Assembly: GCA_903951425.1 (NCBI GenBank)
Contig: CAJBBX010000063.1
Span: 17,051-81,050, forward strand
Length of the DNA stretch: 64,000 nt
DNA from: an uncultured Chthonomonas sp.
Lineage (GTDB): Bacteria; Armatimonadota; Chthonomonadetes; Chthonomonadales; CAJBBX01
Reading direction: 5' to 3'
Part shown: piece after piece, positions 33,577 to 45,235 of the stretch
Numbering within the stretch: the stretch's first letter is position 1
How the letters are laid out: every line of letters starts with the position of its first letter
Notes under the pieces: generated by a model
Databases searched by the model: none
What the model saw: the letters and a program-made list of their open reading frames with translations, nothing else
What the model was told of the DNA's origin: nothing
Program-made: the position numbers and the translations under genes

Positions 33577-35268
33577 ATGAAGCGACTGAAGATCGTCCTT
33601 GGCTGTTTGGTGCCGCTGCTGCTCGTCGTTGGGGGAAGCTGGTGGGGCATTCGGCGGATGCTGACGAAGGTCCCCAAGCCGTCGGCGACGGCCACCGTGA
33701 GCCGCGGAACCGTTGAGATCAAGGTCACTGAGACCGGAACCATCGAGCCGCTCACGAAGGTAGACGTTAAGTCCAAGGTAGCCGGCCGGATAGCCTCCAT
33801 GCTGGTGGACGAGGGCGATCTGGTGGCCGCGGGCCAGCTCCTTGCCGAGATCGACCCCACCGAGATCAACAGCCAGGTCGACCAGATGCGCGCCCAGCTC
33901 GACGGCTCCCGCGCCCGCCTGTCGTCTGCGTCCACCGGCGTGCGCTACCAGCGCGAGCAGACCTCAACCGGCGTCCAGGTGGCACAGCAGGCCGTGGCAT
34001 CGGCGCAATCGCAGGTGGAGGTGGCAGAGGAGGAGAGCCGAAGCCAGCCCAGCCTGACCGAGGCCGACATCCGCCAGGCAGAGGCCTCGCTTCGCAGCGC
34101 CAAGGCCGCTCTGGACCTCCTCCGCACCGCCACCCAACCCCAAGCGCTCGTGTCCGCCCAGACGGGCCTCACCGAGGCGCAGACGGCATCGGCCAACGCC
34201 CAGCGTCAGTTGGCTCGCCAAAACCAGCTCCTGGCCAAGGGCTTCGTCGCCCAGCAGCAGGTCGACGCCGCAGGCACCGAGGCCGTCGCAGCCCGGGCGC
34301 GTCTGGACCAGGCACAGAAGCGCATCGACGTGATCAAGGAGCAGCAGCGGCTGGAGGTGGCCGACGCCGATGAGCGCGTGGCGCAGGCCGAGGCCTCGCT
34401 GGCCCGGGCGCGTGCCGCACGGACCATCATCAAAGTGAAGGAGCAGCAGCTCGTGGCGGCCCGCGCTGCCCTGCAGCAGGCCAAGGCGCAGCTGATCCAG
34501 GCCCGGGCCTCACGCCTGCAGGACAGCATGCGCGGTGACGACGTGGCCCAGGCGCGGTCCGGCGTGGACCAGATCGTTAACCAGCTCACGGAAATCGAGG
34601 TCCGCCAGCGCGACACGCGGCTCGTTGCCCCCATGGCCGGCGTCATCACCCACCGCTACCTCGAGAAGGGCGAACTAGTCACCTCCGGCGTCAGCACGTT
34701 CTCCAGCGGCACCCCCGTCTTTCAGGTGGCCGACCTCTCAACCATGCTGGTGAAGGCGACTGTAAACGAGGTCGACGTCCACAAGGTGCGCCTCGGCCTG
34801 CCCGTGGAGATCCACATCGACGGCGCCCGCGGCGTCATCTTCCAGGGCCGCGTCACCAAGGTCGCCCCGGCCGCGTTCGGCGGCACAGACGCCGCCGCCC
34901 AGGCGCAAGGGGCCGGCGGCGTGGTCCGCTTCTCCGTGCAGGTGACCGTGACCCGACCCGACCCGCGCCTGCGTCCCGGAATGAGCGCCCGCTGCACCAT
35001 CATCATGTCACGCCGGAGCGGCGTGCTCCGCCTGCCGGCCGATGCCGTGGAGGGCTCGGGCGACAAAGCCTTGGTGCAGATCGCCGGGAAACCAGACCCG
35101 AAGAAGCCCGGGCAACTCACCTACACGAAGCGCACGATCCGCGCCGGCCTCCGCGGCGACACGTTTGTTGAAGTCCTCTCCGGGCTGAAGGAGGGCGAGA
35201 AGGTGAAGCCGGGCATCTTCACAGGCCCGAAGCGCAAGGGCGTTGACTTCGGACCCAAGCCCGACTAG
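33577..35268 (+). CDS. HlyD/MacA-type periplasmic adaptor with very long coiled-coil
   Basis: Trimmed to the ATG at 33577 (MKRLKIVLGCLVPLLLVVGG). A lipoyl-like motif is KSKVAGRIASMLVDEGDLVAAGQLLAEID. An Ala/Gln-rich coiled coil of about 250 aa follows, then a C-terminal beta-barrel (VTHRYLEKGELV). Confidence 0.85.
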   Translation: MKRLKIVLGCLVPLLLVVGGSWWGIRRMLTKVPKPSATATVSRGTVEIKVTETGTIEPLTKVDVKSKVAGRIASMLVDEGDLVAAGQLLAEIDPTEINSQVDQMRAQLDGSRARLSSASTGVRYQREQTSTGVQVAQQAVASAQSQVEVAEEESRSQPSLTEADIRQAEASLRSAKAALDLLRTATQPQALVSAQTGLTEAQTASANAQRQLARQNQLLAKGFVAQQQVDAAGTEAVAARARLDQAQKRIDVIKEQQRLEVADADERVAQAEASLARARAARTIIKVKEQQLVAARAALQQAKAQLIQARASRLQDSMRGDDVAQARSGVDQIVNQLTEIEVRQRDTRLVAPMAGVITHRYLEKGELVTSGVSTFSSGTPVFQVADLSTMLVKATVNEVDVHKVRLGLPVEIHIDGARGVIFQGRVTKVAPAAFGGTDAAAQAQGAGGVVRFSVQVTVTRPDPRLRPGMSARCTIIMSRRSGVLRLPADAVEGSGDKALVQIAGKPDPKKPGQLTYTKRTIRAGLRGDTFVEVLSGLKEGEKVKPGIFTGPKRKGVDFGPKPD

Positions 35269-35297
35269 CGGCGGCAAGATCCAGGAGCCCCCATACC

Positions 35298-36536
<1,239 letters not shown>

Positions 36537-36552
36537 CCCCGCTCACCCGGGG

Positions 36553-38205
36553 CTACTGGGTCTCCTCGATGCCGAATCGCCACTGCTCGGGCGCGTCCTC
36601 AATAGGCAGTCCGAGCAGGAGCCTTCGGGCCATGGCTACGGGCATGGAGTTGCCGCGCAGGAACGCATCGTGGAACGCACGGTCGACCCATCCCGCCGCC
36701 AGCGCCTCGCGTCGGAGCGCCTGCACCTGCCACGCTCCCACCAGATAGGCGCACTGGTAGAGCGGCGGGTAGTCTCCCCGGAACGAGCGCCGCACCTCGG
36801 CCTCGGCCGTGCTCGGTTCGTGGCCCACCTCGTCGACCAGCATGGCAATGCACTCGTCGGCGCCCATCAGGCCCATGTGGAAGCGGAGCGAGAAGGCCAC
36901 CCGCGCACAGCGGTGCGACCGCCAGAAGAGCATTCCCACACGCTCCGCGGGCGTGGTCGCGAAGCCCCGATCCCAGAGCAGCATCTCCCAGTGGAGCGCC
37001 CAGCCCTCGGTCCAGAAGGGGTTGTAGAAGAGCCGTCGGTAGGGGCGCGTGCGGCGGGCGTAGTAGGCCTGCATGTGGTGTCCGGGCACCAACTCATGAT
37101 GGACCGTGGCCCGGGCGAAGGGTTGGTTGTTGGCCCGCAGGCTCATCAGCTTCGCACCGTGATCCATGCCGCTTGTAGGGTACGAGACACGGATCGTATC
37201 GCCGCCCAAGAAGAAGGGGTTGGCCTTCTGCTCCTCGGCGGTCATCATCTCCATGAGCCAGGCGTCGCGGGCCACAGGCGGCACGGCCAGCAGATCGCTC
37301 TCTTCCACGGTCTCGATGGCCTCAAATGCCAGATCACGGATTAGGCCAGGCTGGCTGCCGGGAGGACCATGGAGACCCTTCACGCGCTCCAGCGCGGCGC
37401 GCCGGTCATCGCCGAGGCCCATCTCCGAAGCGGCGCGGGCCATCTCCGCCAGGCACCACTCCATCTCGCGGTCGGCGGCGGCGATGAGCGCCTCGGGGCT
37501 CAGTGGGATCATGGCGTAGCCCAGCTGGCGCACCAGTTCGTCGCGCCCCACGGGGTCGCCCACGATGCCGTGGCCCGACGCGGGCTCAGCGGCGCGGCGC
37601 AGCGCCTCGGCGTGAGCGGTCAGCGCGGCCTGGAGCTGCTCGTGCGGCTTGGCAGCCCACCAGGCCGTCTCGGGGTCGTAGCCCGCGCGGAAGTCGTACC
37701 AGCTCCGCAGGGCCTCGGACACGGACTCCGCCGCACCCGCAGCCCGATGCAACACGTGGGGCGCCGGACGCGAGCCGTCGCCTCCCAGCGTGGCCCGAGC
37801 GGTTGCCAGGGCGGCCACGGCGTCGGAGAGCAGGCGGGCGTCTCCTGCGGGATCGGCGGGCTCGTGGCGCCGGCGGGAGTCCTGCAGGCCGATGATGGGA
37901 GCAAGGCCGGGAAGCAGGGGCGCCATCTCGGTCCACTGCTGGGCCTCCAGCGCCAGGCCACGCAGGCGAGCCGCGACCGTGCCGGAGAGCAGCACCAGGT
38001 CGGCACGATCGTCCGGCGCATCGGCCTCGGCGAGCAGGCCAGGCAACCAATCCTGCCAGCGATCGAGCAGCTCGGCGAGCCGCACCCGACCCCAGGCCGA
38101 CCAGCGCCCGCCGCCCTGCCGATCCAGGTCCTGCCAGTCCTGATCGAACCAGCCCACGGCCTCGCCCACCGACGCGAAGCCCAGCCGCTGCAGTTCCGTT
38201 GCCAT
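36553..38205 (-). CDS. DUF885-family protein (metallopeptidase-like)
   Basis: Trimmed to the ATG at 38205 (MATELQRLGF...), downstream of GGGGAGGG. It has the hallmark HELVPGHHMQ and FWTEGWALHWE. Confidence 0.8.
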   Translation of the reverse strand: MATELQRLGFASVGEAVGWFDQDWQDLDRQGGGRWSAWGRVRLAELLDRWQDWLPGLLAEADAPDDRADLVLLSGTVAARLRGLALEAQQWTEMAPLLPGLAPIIGLQDSRRRHEPADPAGDARLLSDAVAALATARATLGGDGSRPAPHVLHRAAGAAESVSEALRSWYDFRAGYDPETAWWAAKPHEQLQAALTAHAEALRRAAEPASGHGIVGDPVGRDELVRQLGYAMIPLSPEALIAAADREMEWCLAEMARAASEMGLGDDRRAALERVKGLHGPPGSQPGLIRDLAFEAIETVEESDLLAVPPVARDAWLMEMMTAEEQKANPFFLGGDTIRVSYPTSGMDHGAKLMSLRANNQPFARATVHHELVPGHHMQAYYARRTRPYRRLFYNPFWTEGWALHWEMLLWDRGFATTPAERVGMLFWRSHRCARVAFSLRFHMGLMGADECIAMLVDEVGHEPSTAEAEVRRSFRGDYPPLYQCAYLVGAWQVQALRREALAAGWVDRAFHDAFLRGNSMPVAMARRLLLGLPIEDAPEQWRFGIEETQ

Positions 38206-38228
38206 GCCGCCCTCCCCTGCCCTGGCCG

Positions 38229-40691
38229 CTACTGGTAGGCGAACTCGCCGCCGGCCACCGACCAGTCGTTGCCGAAGAAGCCCGCCGCACGCACGCCCGA
38301 CGCGCCCTTCAGGAGGCTCTCCGCGGACCAGAGCAGGAGGTCCGGCAGGCCCGCGCCGGAGACGAAGATGGGCGCCCTGCCGGTGAGCCGCATGCCTGCT
38401 AGTCCGGTGCCTCCCACCACGGCCACGGACGCCACCGCCGAGCCTGGCCGTGGCCGCATGAAGAGGCAACCCAGGTCCTCGCCGCTCCACGTGCGCCCGT
38501 CCAGCGCGGCCGATCCGCGGCGCACCTGCATGGGCGAAGCGGAGAGCAGCGCGGGCCAGGCGGCGTTGGTGTCGGCGTTGCCGTACAGGACCACGCCCCG
38601 GTCGCGGTCACGGTCGGCGCGGAACTCGCTGTCCGGCAGCATGTCCACGGCGCCGTTGCCTCGGTACCACCAGGTTTCGGCGTCGAAGCGGGCGCGGGCG
38701 AAGGCCCATGCGTTCTCATCAGGAGTGCCCTTGGTTCCGTAGACCAGCACGAACCGGTGGTTCCAGGCGTGGCGGTAGGGCCCACAGCGAGCCGGTCCCT
38801 TGGCGTCGGCGGAGAGCGGCCCGGCCTGGAACCAGCCGGCGGGGCCCTTCTCCAGCGCCAAGGCAACCGCCCCGGCCGCGACCACGACCTCCTGCTTGCC
38901 GCCGTCGAGGTCCAGCGTCACCTTCTCGCCGGGGGCCAAGCCACCGAGGTCGAAGTCCATGCGCCGGACGTTCTCGGTCGTCCCCACAAAGCGGCGCACG
39001 GCAGGGTCGCGCCTAATCCGGGCGCGAGCGGGGAGCATCTGGCGCTGAGCCTGCTCAATGGTGAGCCAGCGCATGCGGCTGGAGGTCTCGGGGTTCATGG
39101 TCGTGAAGTCGACCGACCGCACGCTCTCGGCGGCCGGGATGGTCCGGCGGGCGAACAGGTCGAAGATCGCCGGCCAGTCGACGCAGCCAGCTCCGGGATC
39201 GCTAGCGGCGCCCCACCAGTGGCCCGCGCCGGGCTGCTCGTAGAGGGTGTAGTCCTTGTGGAAGCCCGACAGCTCCTGGGCCATGCGCCGGGCCTCGGTG
39301 ACGGGCACGTTGTCGTCAGCATCGCCATGCAGGATGTAGACGCCCAGGTCGCGCAGGTTCGGCGCCAGCGTCAGGGTGTCGCCCTCTGCCGAGGCGCGGC
39401 GGAGCGTCTCCTCCACGGGCGTGGGATTGTCAAAGCGGCTCCCGCCGCCGTAGGAGACGAAGCTAACCCACCCGGCGCTGGGAGCGATGGCCGCGAACCG
39501 GTCGGGGTAGGTGACACCGTTGATCCAGGTGCCGTGGCCGCCCATGCTGTGGCCGGTCAGGTAAATGCGCGACGGGTCAGGCTTCACCTCGTTGGTCGCC
39601 AGGCGCAACACCTCCATGGCGTCCAGACGTCCCCACTCCTCCCAGTCGAAGCCGTAGGGGCGGCGGTTGGTGGGCGCGGCGAGGTTCAGCCAGGTCTTGG
39701 CGGCGTAGGAGTCGGCCTGGCCGATGCCCTCCACGGAGGCGCCGTGGAGCGAAAGCGCCAGTCCGGGCCGACGCGCGCCCACATCAGCGCCCGGTGTGGC
39801 CGGGTTGAGGGCGTAGTACTGCACGCTCCCGTCGATTTCGCTGATGAAGGTGACCTTGCGCGTCTGTGCAGGCGTTCGGACCCGAAGCCCAAACTCGCAC
39901 GGCGCGGAGGGCTTGGGGCCGCCCTCCAGCTTGACCAGAACCTTAACTGAGCCCGTGCCTGAACCGTTCCATGCGATGTCGAACGGGACCTTACGCGCCG
40001 AGAAGGGCGGCACCGGCGGCACGGTCCGCTGGGTGGATGAGAGGCCGCTCCCTGTGGCACGAACCACGGCGCCGCGGAGCCAATGGCCGGCGGCGTTGAT
40101 CACAAGCGCCGCACCCAGATGCTTACCGCGCTTTCCAGCCACCAGATCGGGAAGGGTCGGGTCGGCGCCGTCGACGTAGGCGGGCGCGGCCGGCTGACGC
40201 AGAGCTACGCGAACCTGCCCTCGGGCGCCCTGAAACAGCAGGTGGTTGTCGCCCTGCTTCAGCTGCACAGGCACGCGAAGCCAGCCGAAGCCATAGGGGT
40301 CGCCGCCACGGGGCTCGCCGTTGACGATGGCCATGGAGTGCCCCGAGGCCTCCAGGATGGCCACCCGCTCGGCCGGCGACTTGAGGCATAGGTAGAGGTA
40401 GCCACCTGCCATCTCGTCGCCGCCCACGCTACCATTGGCGGGCAGCGTTATCTGCTTCCAGGCGCGCTCGCCGCCCGACGCGCGGGGGACCGTGTCACCT
40501 GCGGCCGGAGGGCGCCATGCGCCGGTGACGATCTGGTGCATCAGCGCGTCCTGCACGATGGCGTTGCGGCCCGCACGGCCGATGGGGCCGATGACCCACG
40601 CCTTTTCGGGCAATGGGAGCGCATCCTGCGCCGCCGCCCCGCACGTCGATAGCGCTCCCGCCGAAACCGCCAGAAGCCGAAGTCCCCTCAT
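38229..40691 (-). CDS. Secreted alpha/beta hydrolase of the prolyl-oligopeptidase (S9)/esterase type with large flanking domains
   Basis: Trimmed to the ATG at 40691 (MRGLRLLAVSAGALSTCGAAAQD). The nucleophile elbow is LTGHSMGGHG, with HGDADDNVP and AGHWW downstream. Confidence 0.8.
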   Translation of the reverse strand: MRGLRLLAVSAGALSTCGAAAQDALPLPEKAWVIGPIGRAGRNAIVQDALMHQIVTGAWRPPAAGDTVPRASGGERAWKQITLPANGSVGGDEMAGGYLYLCLKSPAERVAILEASGHSMAIVNGEPRGGDPYGFGWLRVPVQLKQGDNHLLFQGARGQVRVALRQPAAPAYVDGADPTLPDLVAGKRGKHLGAALVINAAGHWLRGAVVRATGSGLSSTQRTVPPVPPFSARKVPFDIAWNGSGTGSVKVLVKLEGGPKPSAPCEFGLRVRTPAQTRKVTFISEIDGSVQYYALNPATPGADVGARRPGLALSLHGASVEGIGQADSYAAKTWLNLAAPTNRRPYGFDWEEWGRLDAMEVLRLATNEVKPDPSRIYLTGHSMGGHGTWINGVTYPDRFAAIAPSAGWVSFVSYGGGSRFDNPTPVEETLRRASAEGDTLTLAPNLRDLGVYILHGDADDNVPVTEARRMAQELSGFHKDYTLYEQPGAGHWWGAASDPGAGCVDWPAIFDLFARRTIPAAESVRSVDFTTMNPETSSRMRWLTIEQAQRQMLPARARIRRDPAVRRFVGTTENVRRMDFDLGGLAPGEKVTLDLDGGKQEVVVAAGAVALALEKGPAGWFQAGPLSADAKGPARCGPYRHAWNHRFVLVYGTKGTPDENAWAFARARFDAETWWYRGNGAVDMLPDSEFRADRDRDRGVVLYGNADTNAAWPALLSASPMQVRRGSAALDGRTWSGEDLGCLFMRPRPGSAVASVAVVGGTGLAGMRLTGRAPIFVSGAGLPDLLLWSAESLLKGASGVRAAGFFGNDWSVAGGEFAYQ

Positions 40692-40813
40692 GTGCCACCT
40701 CCGCTGTAGTTGCTGTCGCCGCGTCCTATCGCCGCAATGCACGTACCGCCGACCGGACGGCGTTGGAGCGCCGGCCACTTCGGCGGTACCCTAACGCACC
40801 GGCCAATGGCCGC

Positions 40814-42907
40814 ATGGAGGATACCGTGCAGACGCCCGTCTCTCGCACCCTGGGAGGAGTTGCCATGCTTGCCGCGCTGCAGATGCCCGCGCCCGGGCAG
40901 GCGCCCTACGTCCGGGCCTACCCCGACCTGCGCCCTCTGGCCGATAAGACGCTGGTGGCGTGGGTCACTCCCGCCAACGTGACCCAACGGGGCGGCAGCG
41001 TACTCACGCTCGAATGCAGCGAGAGCTTCGACGGCATCGTCTTCGGCGAGATCAAGCCCGGCGCGTGGATGACCGGCAGCGAGCTATTCCGCCGCACGCA
41101 GTCCGACCAAGGCGCTTACCCGGCGGAGGCGGCGACGGGCAAGGGCCCCATCCGCGTGGCCGCGGTCTATCGGGGCGAGCAGGTGACGCTCTACCGCAAC
41201 GAGCAGGTGTTGGCTTCGTACCGCATGGCCAACCCGCCGCTGAAGCCCGGCTCCGGCTCGCACGTCCTCATCGGGCTACGGCACCGCGCACGGCAGGGGC
41301 AGCCGAACAGCTACTTCGCGGGCACGGTGGACGAGGCCCGCGTCTACGCCTCCGCGCTTTCGCCCGAGGACCTGGCACAGGTGGCGCTCGGGAAGCCGGG
41401 CGGCCCAAAGCCGCTGGCCCGCTGGACCTTCGAGGATGCGAGTTGCCGAGATGCCGAGGGCGCCTTCCCGGCCGGCACACTGCACGGCGGGGCAAGGGTG
41501 AGCGGCGGCAGGCTGATCCTAAACGGGAAGGACGCGTACATGTCCACACCTGCCGGCCGCGTCTGGCAGACCGCCTTCCACTTCAGGCCCAAGGCCGGCA
41601 ACTTCGCCGACCCGATCCCCTTCTTCTGGAAGGGCGAGTACCACGTCTTCTACCTGCAGGGCGATGCGGGGCTGGTGCCGTGGCAGCACATCGTCAGCCG
41701 CGATCTGGTCCACTGGAAGGAGCTGGCCACGGCGCTGGTGAGCGACGGCGCGCCCGACAGCCCCGACGGCGGCCACATGTTCACCGGCTCCGTCATGGAG
41801 CACGCCGGCACGTTCCACATCTTCTACACGGGCCACAACCCCGGCAACCCCGCCGCGCTGGAGGTGGTGTGCCATGCCACCAGCAAAGACCTGATCCATT
41901 GGAAGAAGCAGCCCGGCTTCACCGTGGGACCGGACGGCGTCCGGTACGCCGAGAAGCGGTTCCGCAACTGGCGCGACCCATTCGTCTGCTGGAACCCCGT
42001 GGCCCGCAAGTGGTGGATGATCGTCATCGCCACCGATCCCAAGGAGCCCGGCGGCGAGAACGAGTTCGGCCGGGCCGTGCAGGGCCTGCTCAGCTCTAAT
42101 GACCTGGTCACATGGAAGGCCGAGCCGCCCCTGCCCGGCGGCCTCGGCGAGGAGTGCCCTGACCTCTTCGAGATTGACGGAGTCTGGTACCTCCTGGGCG
42201 GCGGCCGCTACGTCTCCGGCGCGGCGCCGGGCGGCCCGTACACAACGCCGCCGCACGCAGTCATCGACTTCCCGGGCGTCTACGCCGGGAAGCGCATGTT
42301 CGACGGCAAGCGGCACATCTGGGTCGGCTGGGCATGGGACGGCCCCAACCAGACCGACGAGGCCGTCGCCGGACAGGGTGTGCTGAGCTGGGGCGGCTTC
42401 ATGTGCCTGCCGCGGGAGCTCTACCCCGGCGGCAAGGGCGAGATCTTCTGCAGGCCCGCCGCCGAGATCGCGGCGCTCCACTCGCGACCGGTGGCCCAGG
42501 CCGGACCGGCCACGCCCACAGAGGTGGCCCTAACGTCCGACGGCATGGTCGAGTGCGTGGCCCGCATCGAGGCCGGCGCCGACCTGACGCTGACGCTCCG
42601 CGACCAGTGCGACGGCAGAGCCTATCGGCTCACGGTGCAGCCGAACAAGGGCCGCATCACCCTGGCGACGCCGAAGTCGGAGTGGCATCGCGACGGGTGC
42701 AGGATCGACGCCACAAAGCCCGTCACCTTGCGCGTCTTCCTCGACGGCTCCATGCTGGAGTGCTTTGTGAACGACGCCTATGCCATCAGCCGCCGGGTCT
42801 ACGACCTGGAGGGCGGCAAGGCTCGGGTGCAGTCATCGGGCAAGCTGACGGTCGAGACGCTGCGCCTCATGGGCATTGCCGGCGCACCGCCCATGGCGGC
42901 GCCATAG
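40814..42907 (+). CDS. LamG (concanavalin-like) domain fused to GH32 beta-fructofuranosidase-like catalytic domain
   Basis: Start at ATG 40814. The LamG tail motif is YFAGTVDEARVYASALSPEDL. GH32 motifs are FHFRPKAGNFADPIPFFWKGEYHVFY (the WMNDPNG position), WRDPFV (RDP) and GEECPDLF (EC). Confidence 0.8.
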   Translation: MEDTVQTPVSRTLGGVAMLAALQMPAPGQAPYVRAYPDLRPLADKTLVAWVTPANVTQRGGSVLTLECSESFDGIVFGEIKPGAWMTGSELFRRTQSDQGAYPAEAATGKGPIRVAAVYRGEQVTLYRNEQVLASYRMANPPLKPGSGSHVLIGLRHRARQGQPNSYFAGTVDEARVYASALSPEDLAQVALGKPGGPKPLARWTFEDASCRDAEGAFPAGTLHGGARVSGGRLILNGKDAYMSTPAGRVWQTAFHFRPKAGNFADPIPFFWKGEYHVFYLQGDAGLVPWQHIVSRDLVHWKELATALVSDGAPDSPDGGHMFTGSVMEHAGTFHIFYTGHNPGNPAALEVVCHATSKDLIHWKKQPGFTVGPDGVRYAEKRFRNWRDPFVCWNPVARKWWMIVIATDPKEPGGENEFGRAVQGLLSSNDLVTWKAEPPLPGGLGEECPDLFEIDGVWYLLGGGRYVSGAAPGGPYTTPPHAVIDFPGVYAGKRMFDGKRHIWVGWAWDGPNQTDEAVAGQGVLSWGGFMCLPRELYPGGKGEIFCRPAAEIAALHSRPVAQAGPATPTEVALTSDGMVECVARIEAGADLTLTLRDQCDGRAYRLTVQPNKGRITLATPKSEWHRDGCRIDATKPVTLRVFLDGSMLECFVNDAYAISRRVYDLEGGKARVQSSGKLTVETLRLMGIAGAPPMAAP

Positions 42908-42928
42908 CTCACGCGAAGGAGACGATCC

Positions 42929-45223
42929 ATGAGACAGGCTCTCGCAGCCCTTGCCGCCCTCGGCGCAGCCCTGCAGGCCGGCGCCGAAGTGAAGCCCGCC
43001 GCGCCACTCCAGGCGCTGCCGTTCCCGCCGGGCCAGGTGAAGCTGCTGCCCGGCCCGTTCCGGCACGCCCGCGAGCTGGACCGGAAGTATCTGCGTAGCC
43101 TAGCGCCAGACCAGCTCCTGCACACGTTCTGGCTGAACGCGGGCATCGCGTCGACCGCGAAGCCGCTGGGAGGTTGGGAGGCGCCGGAGTGCGAGCTGCG
43201 CGGCCACTTCGTGGGCCACTACCTATCGGCCTGCGCACTCCTCGTCGCGGCCGATGGCGACGCAGTCCTTGGGCGTAACGCCGCCGCAGTGGTCGCCGGC
43301 ATGGCCGACTGCCAGGCGCGGATCGGCACCGGCTACCTGAGCGCGTTCCCGGATAGCTTCATCGACCGCGTGGACAACCGGCAGCCGGTCTGGGCGCCGT
43401 GGTACACGCTGCACAAGGTGCTCGCAGGCCTGGTCGACATGCACCGACTGGCCGGCAACCGACAGGCGCTGGCCGTGGCGACCGGGTTCGCGGACTGGAT
43501 CGACCGCCGGTACGCCGCTATGCCCGACGACCGCATGCAGGCCATGCTCGGCAATGAGCACGGCGGCATCTCCGAGGCGCTGATCGAGCTCTACGCGGCG
43601 ACCGGCGAGCCCAGGTACGGGGCCCTGGCCAGGCGGTTCGAGCACCACGCCCTCCTCGACCCGGCCGCGGCAGGCCGCGACACGCTCACGGGCCTCCACG
43701 CCAACACCCAGATACCCAAGTTTGTCGGCGCGGCCCGGGAGTACGAGCTGACGGGCGATCCGAAGCTCCGCAAGGCCGCCACCTTCTTCTGGAGCAGCGT
43801 CGCCAAAGAGCGGTCCTACGTCATCGGCGGCCACTCCGACGGCGAGATGTTCACGGCCAAGGAGCGGCTGTCGCAGGCGCTTGGCCCCAACACCACCGAA
43901 ACCTGCAACACCTACAACATGCTGAAGCTCACCGGCCGGCTCTTCGGCTGGGAGCCCTCGGTCGTCCTGGGCGACTTCTACGAGCGGGCGCTCTACAACC
44001 ACATCCTCGCCTCGCAGAACCCCGAGACCGGCATGATGTGCTACTACGTGCCGCTACGTAGCGGCGCCCGCAAGGCCTTCAACGGCCCGCTGGACAGCTT
44101 CTGGTGCTGCACAGGCACGGGCGTGGAGAACCAGGTCCGCAACCATGAGGGCATCTACTACCGGCGCACGACCGACGATGCGCTCTATGTGAACCTCTTC
44201 ATCGCCTCGCAACTCACATGGAGCGGGCGCGGCGTGAGCGTCACACAGGCCACGCGCTTCCCCGACGGGGCGGCCTCCACGCTGACGCTCCGATGCGCGA
44301 AGCCGACGGCCTTCACCCTCCGCATCAGGCGACCCGCCTGGTGCCGGGGCTTCGCCTTGCGGCTGAACGGCAAGCCTGGCGGCGCGGTGGTCGGCCCCGA
44401 CGGCTACGCGGCCATCCGCAGGACGTGGAAGTCGGGCGACACCGTGCAGATCTCGCTACCCATGTCGCTCAGGACCGAGGCCTTCCGCGACAACCCGAAC
44501 CGGCTGGCCTTCCTCTACGGTCCCATCGTCCTCTGCGGCACAGCGCGCGCTGAGGGCATCTTCCCGGCTGTCGTCACGCCGCCCGCCGGGACCGCGCGAG
44601 GCTGGACGCCCGTGCCCGGCAAGGCTATGACGTTCCGCTCCGCCCCCGGCGCCTTCCGCGTGCCGGGCGCCGAGGCGCCGGTCACGGTGACGCTGGCGCC
44701 GTTCTTCCGGGAGTACAAGGAGCGGACCATCGTCTACTGGGACCGCTTCACAGAGGATCAGTGGCGGGCGCGCGCAGCCGCCTACCGGACCCAGCAGGAG
44801 CAGCTACGAGCTCTGGAGGCGCGAACGGTGGACGTGGTGCGCCCCGGCGAGGAGCAGAATGAGCGTGACCACAAGCTGGCGGGTCTGAACCACGGCTCCG
44901 GCGACTTCGGCGACCGCAAGTGGCGGCACGCGCCGGATGGCTGGTTCTCCTACGAGGTTAAGGTGCTGCCCGGCCTGGCGCAGGGCCTCTCCTGCACCTA
45001 CTGGGGCAGCGACGTGGGCCCGCGCACCTTCGACATATTGATTGACGGCAAGCTGCTCACCACTCAGACGCTCAACCGGAACCGGCCCGAGGTCTTCTAT
45101 GACGAGACCTACCCGCTTGCGCCGGAGATGCTCGCCGGCAAGGAGCGCATCACCGTGCGGTTCCAGGCCGGGCCGGGCCGCACCGCGGGCGGGCTCTTCG
45201 GCCTACGCATCCTGAAGCGCTGA
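42929..45223 (+). CDS. GH127 (DUF1680) beta-L-arabinofuranosidase-like
   Basis: AAGGAG lies 7 nt upstream, and a signal peptide is present. Motifs are LRGHFVGHYLSA, WAPWYTLHKVLAGL, NEHGGISEAL, HANTQIPK, GGHSDGE, ETCNTYNMLKL and FWCCTGTG. Confidence 0.85.
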   Translation: MRQALAALAALGAALQAGAEVKPAAPLQALPFPPGQVKLLPGPFRHARELDRKYLRSLAPDQLLHTFWLNAGIASTAKPLGGWEAPECELRGHFVGHYLSACALLVAADGDAVLGRNAAAVVAGMADCQARIGTGYLSAFPDSFIDRVDNRQPVWAPWYTLHKVLAGLVDMHRLAGNRQALAVATGFADWIDRRYAAMPDDRMQAMLGNEHGGISEALIELYAATGEPRYGALARRFEHHALLDPAAAGRDTLTGLHANTQIPKFVGAAREYELTGDPKLRKAATFFWSSVAKERSYVIGGHSDGEMFTAKERLSQALGPNTTETCNTYNMLKLTGRLFGWEPSVVLGDFYERALYNHILASQNPETGMMCYYVPLRSGARKAFNGPLDSFWCCTGTGVENQVRNHEGIYYRRTTDDALYVNLFIASQLTWSGRGVSVTQATRFPDGAASTLTLRCAKPTAFTLRIRRPAWCRGFALRLNGKPGGAVVGPDGYAAIRRTWKSGDTVQISLPMSLRTEAFRDNPNRLAFLYGPIVLCGTARAEGIFPAVVTPPAGTARGWTPVPGKAMTFRSAPGAFRVPGAEAPVTVTLAPFFREYKERTIVYWDRFTEDQWRARAAAYRTQQEQLRALEARTVDVVRPGEEQNERDHKLAGLNHGSGDFGDRKWRHAPDGWFSYEVKVLPGLAQGLSCTYWGSDVGPRTFDILIDGKLLTTQTLNRNRPEVFYDETYPLAPEMLAGKERITVRFQAGPGRTAGGLFGLRILKR

Positions 45224-45235
45224 CGAGGGTCGGAC

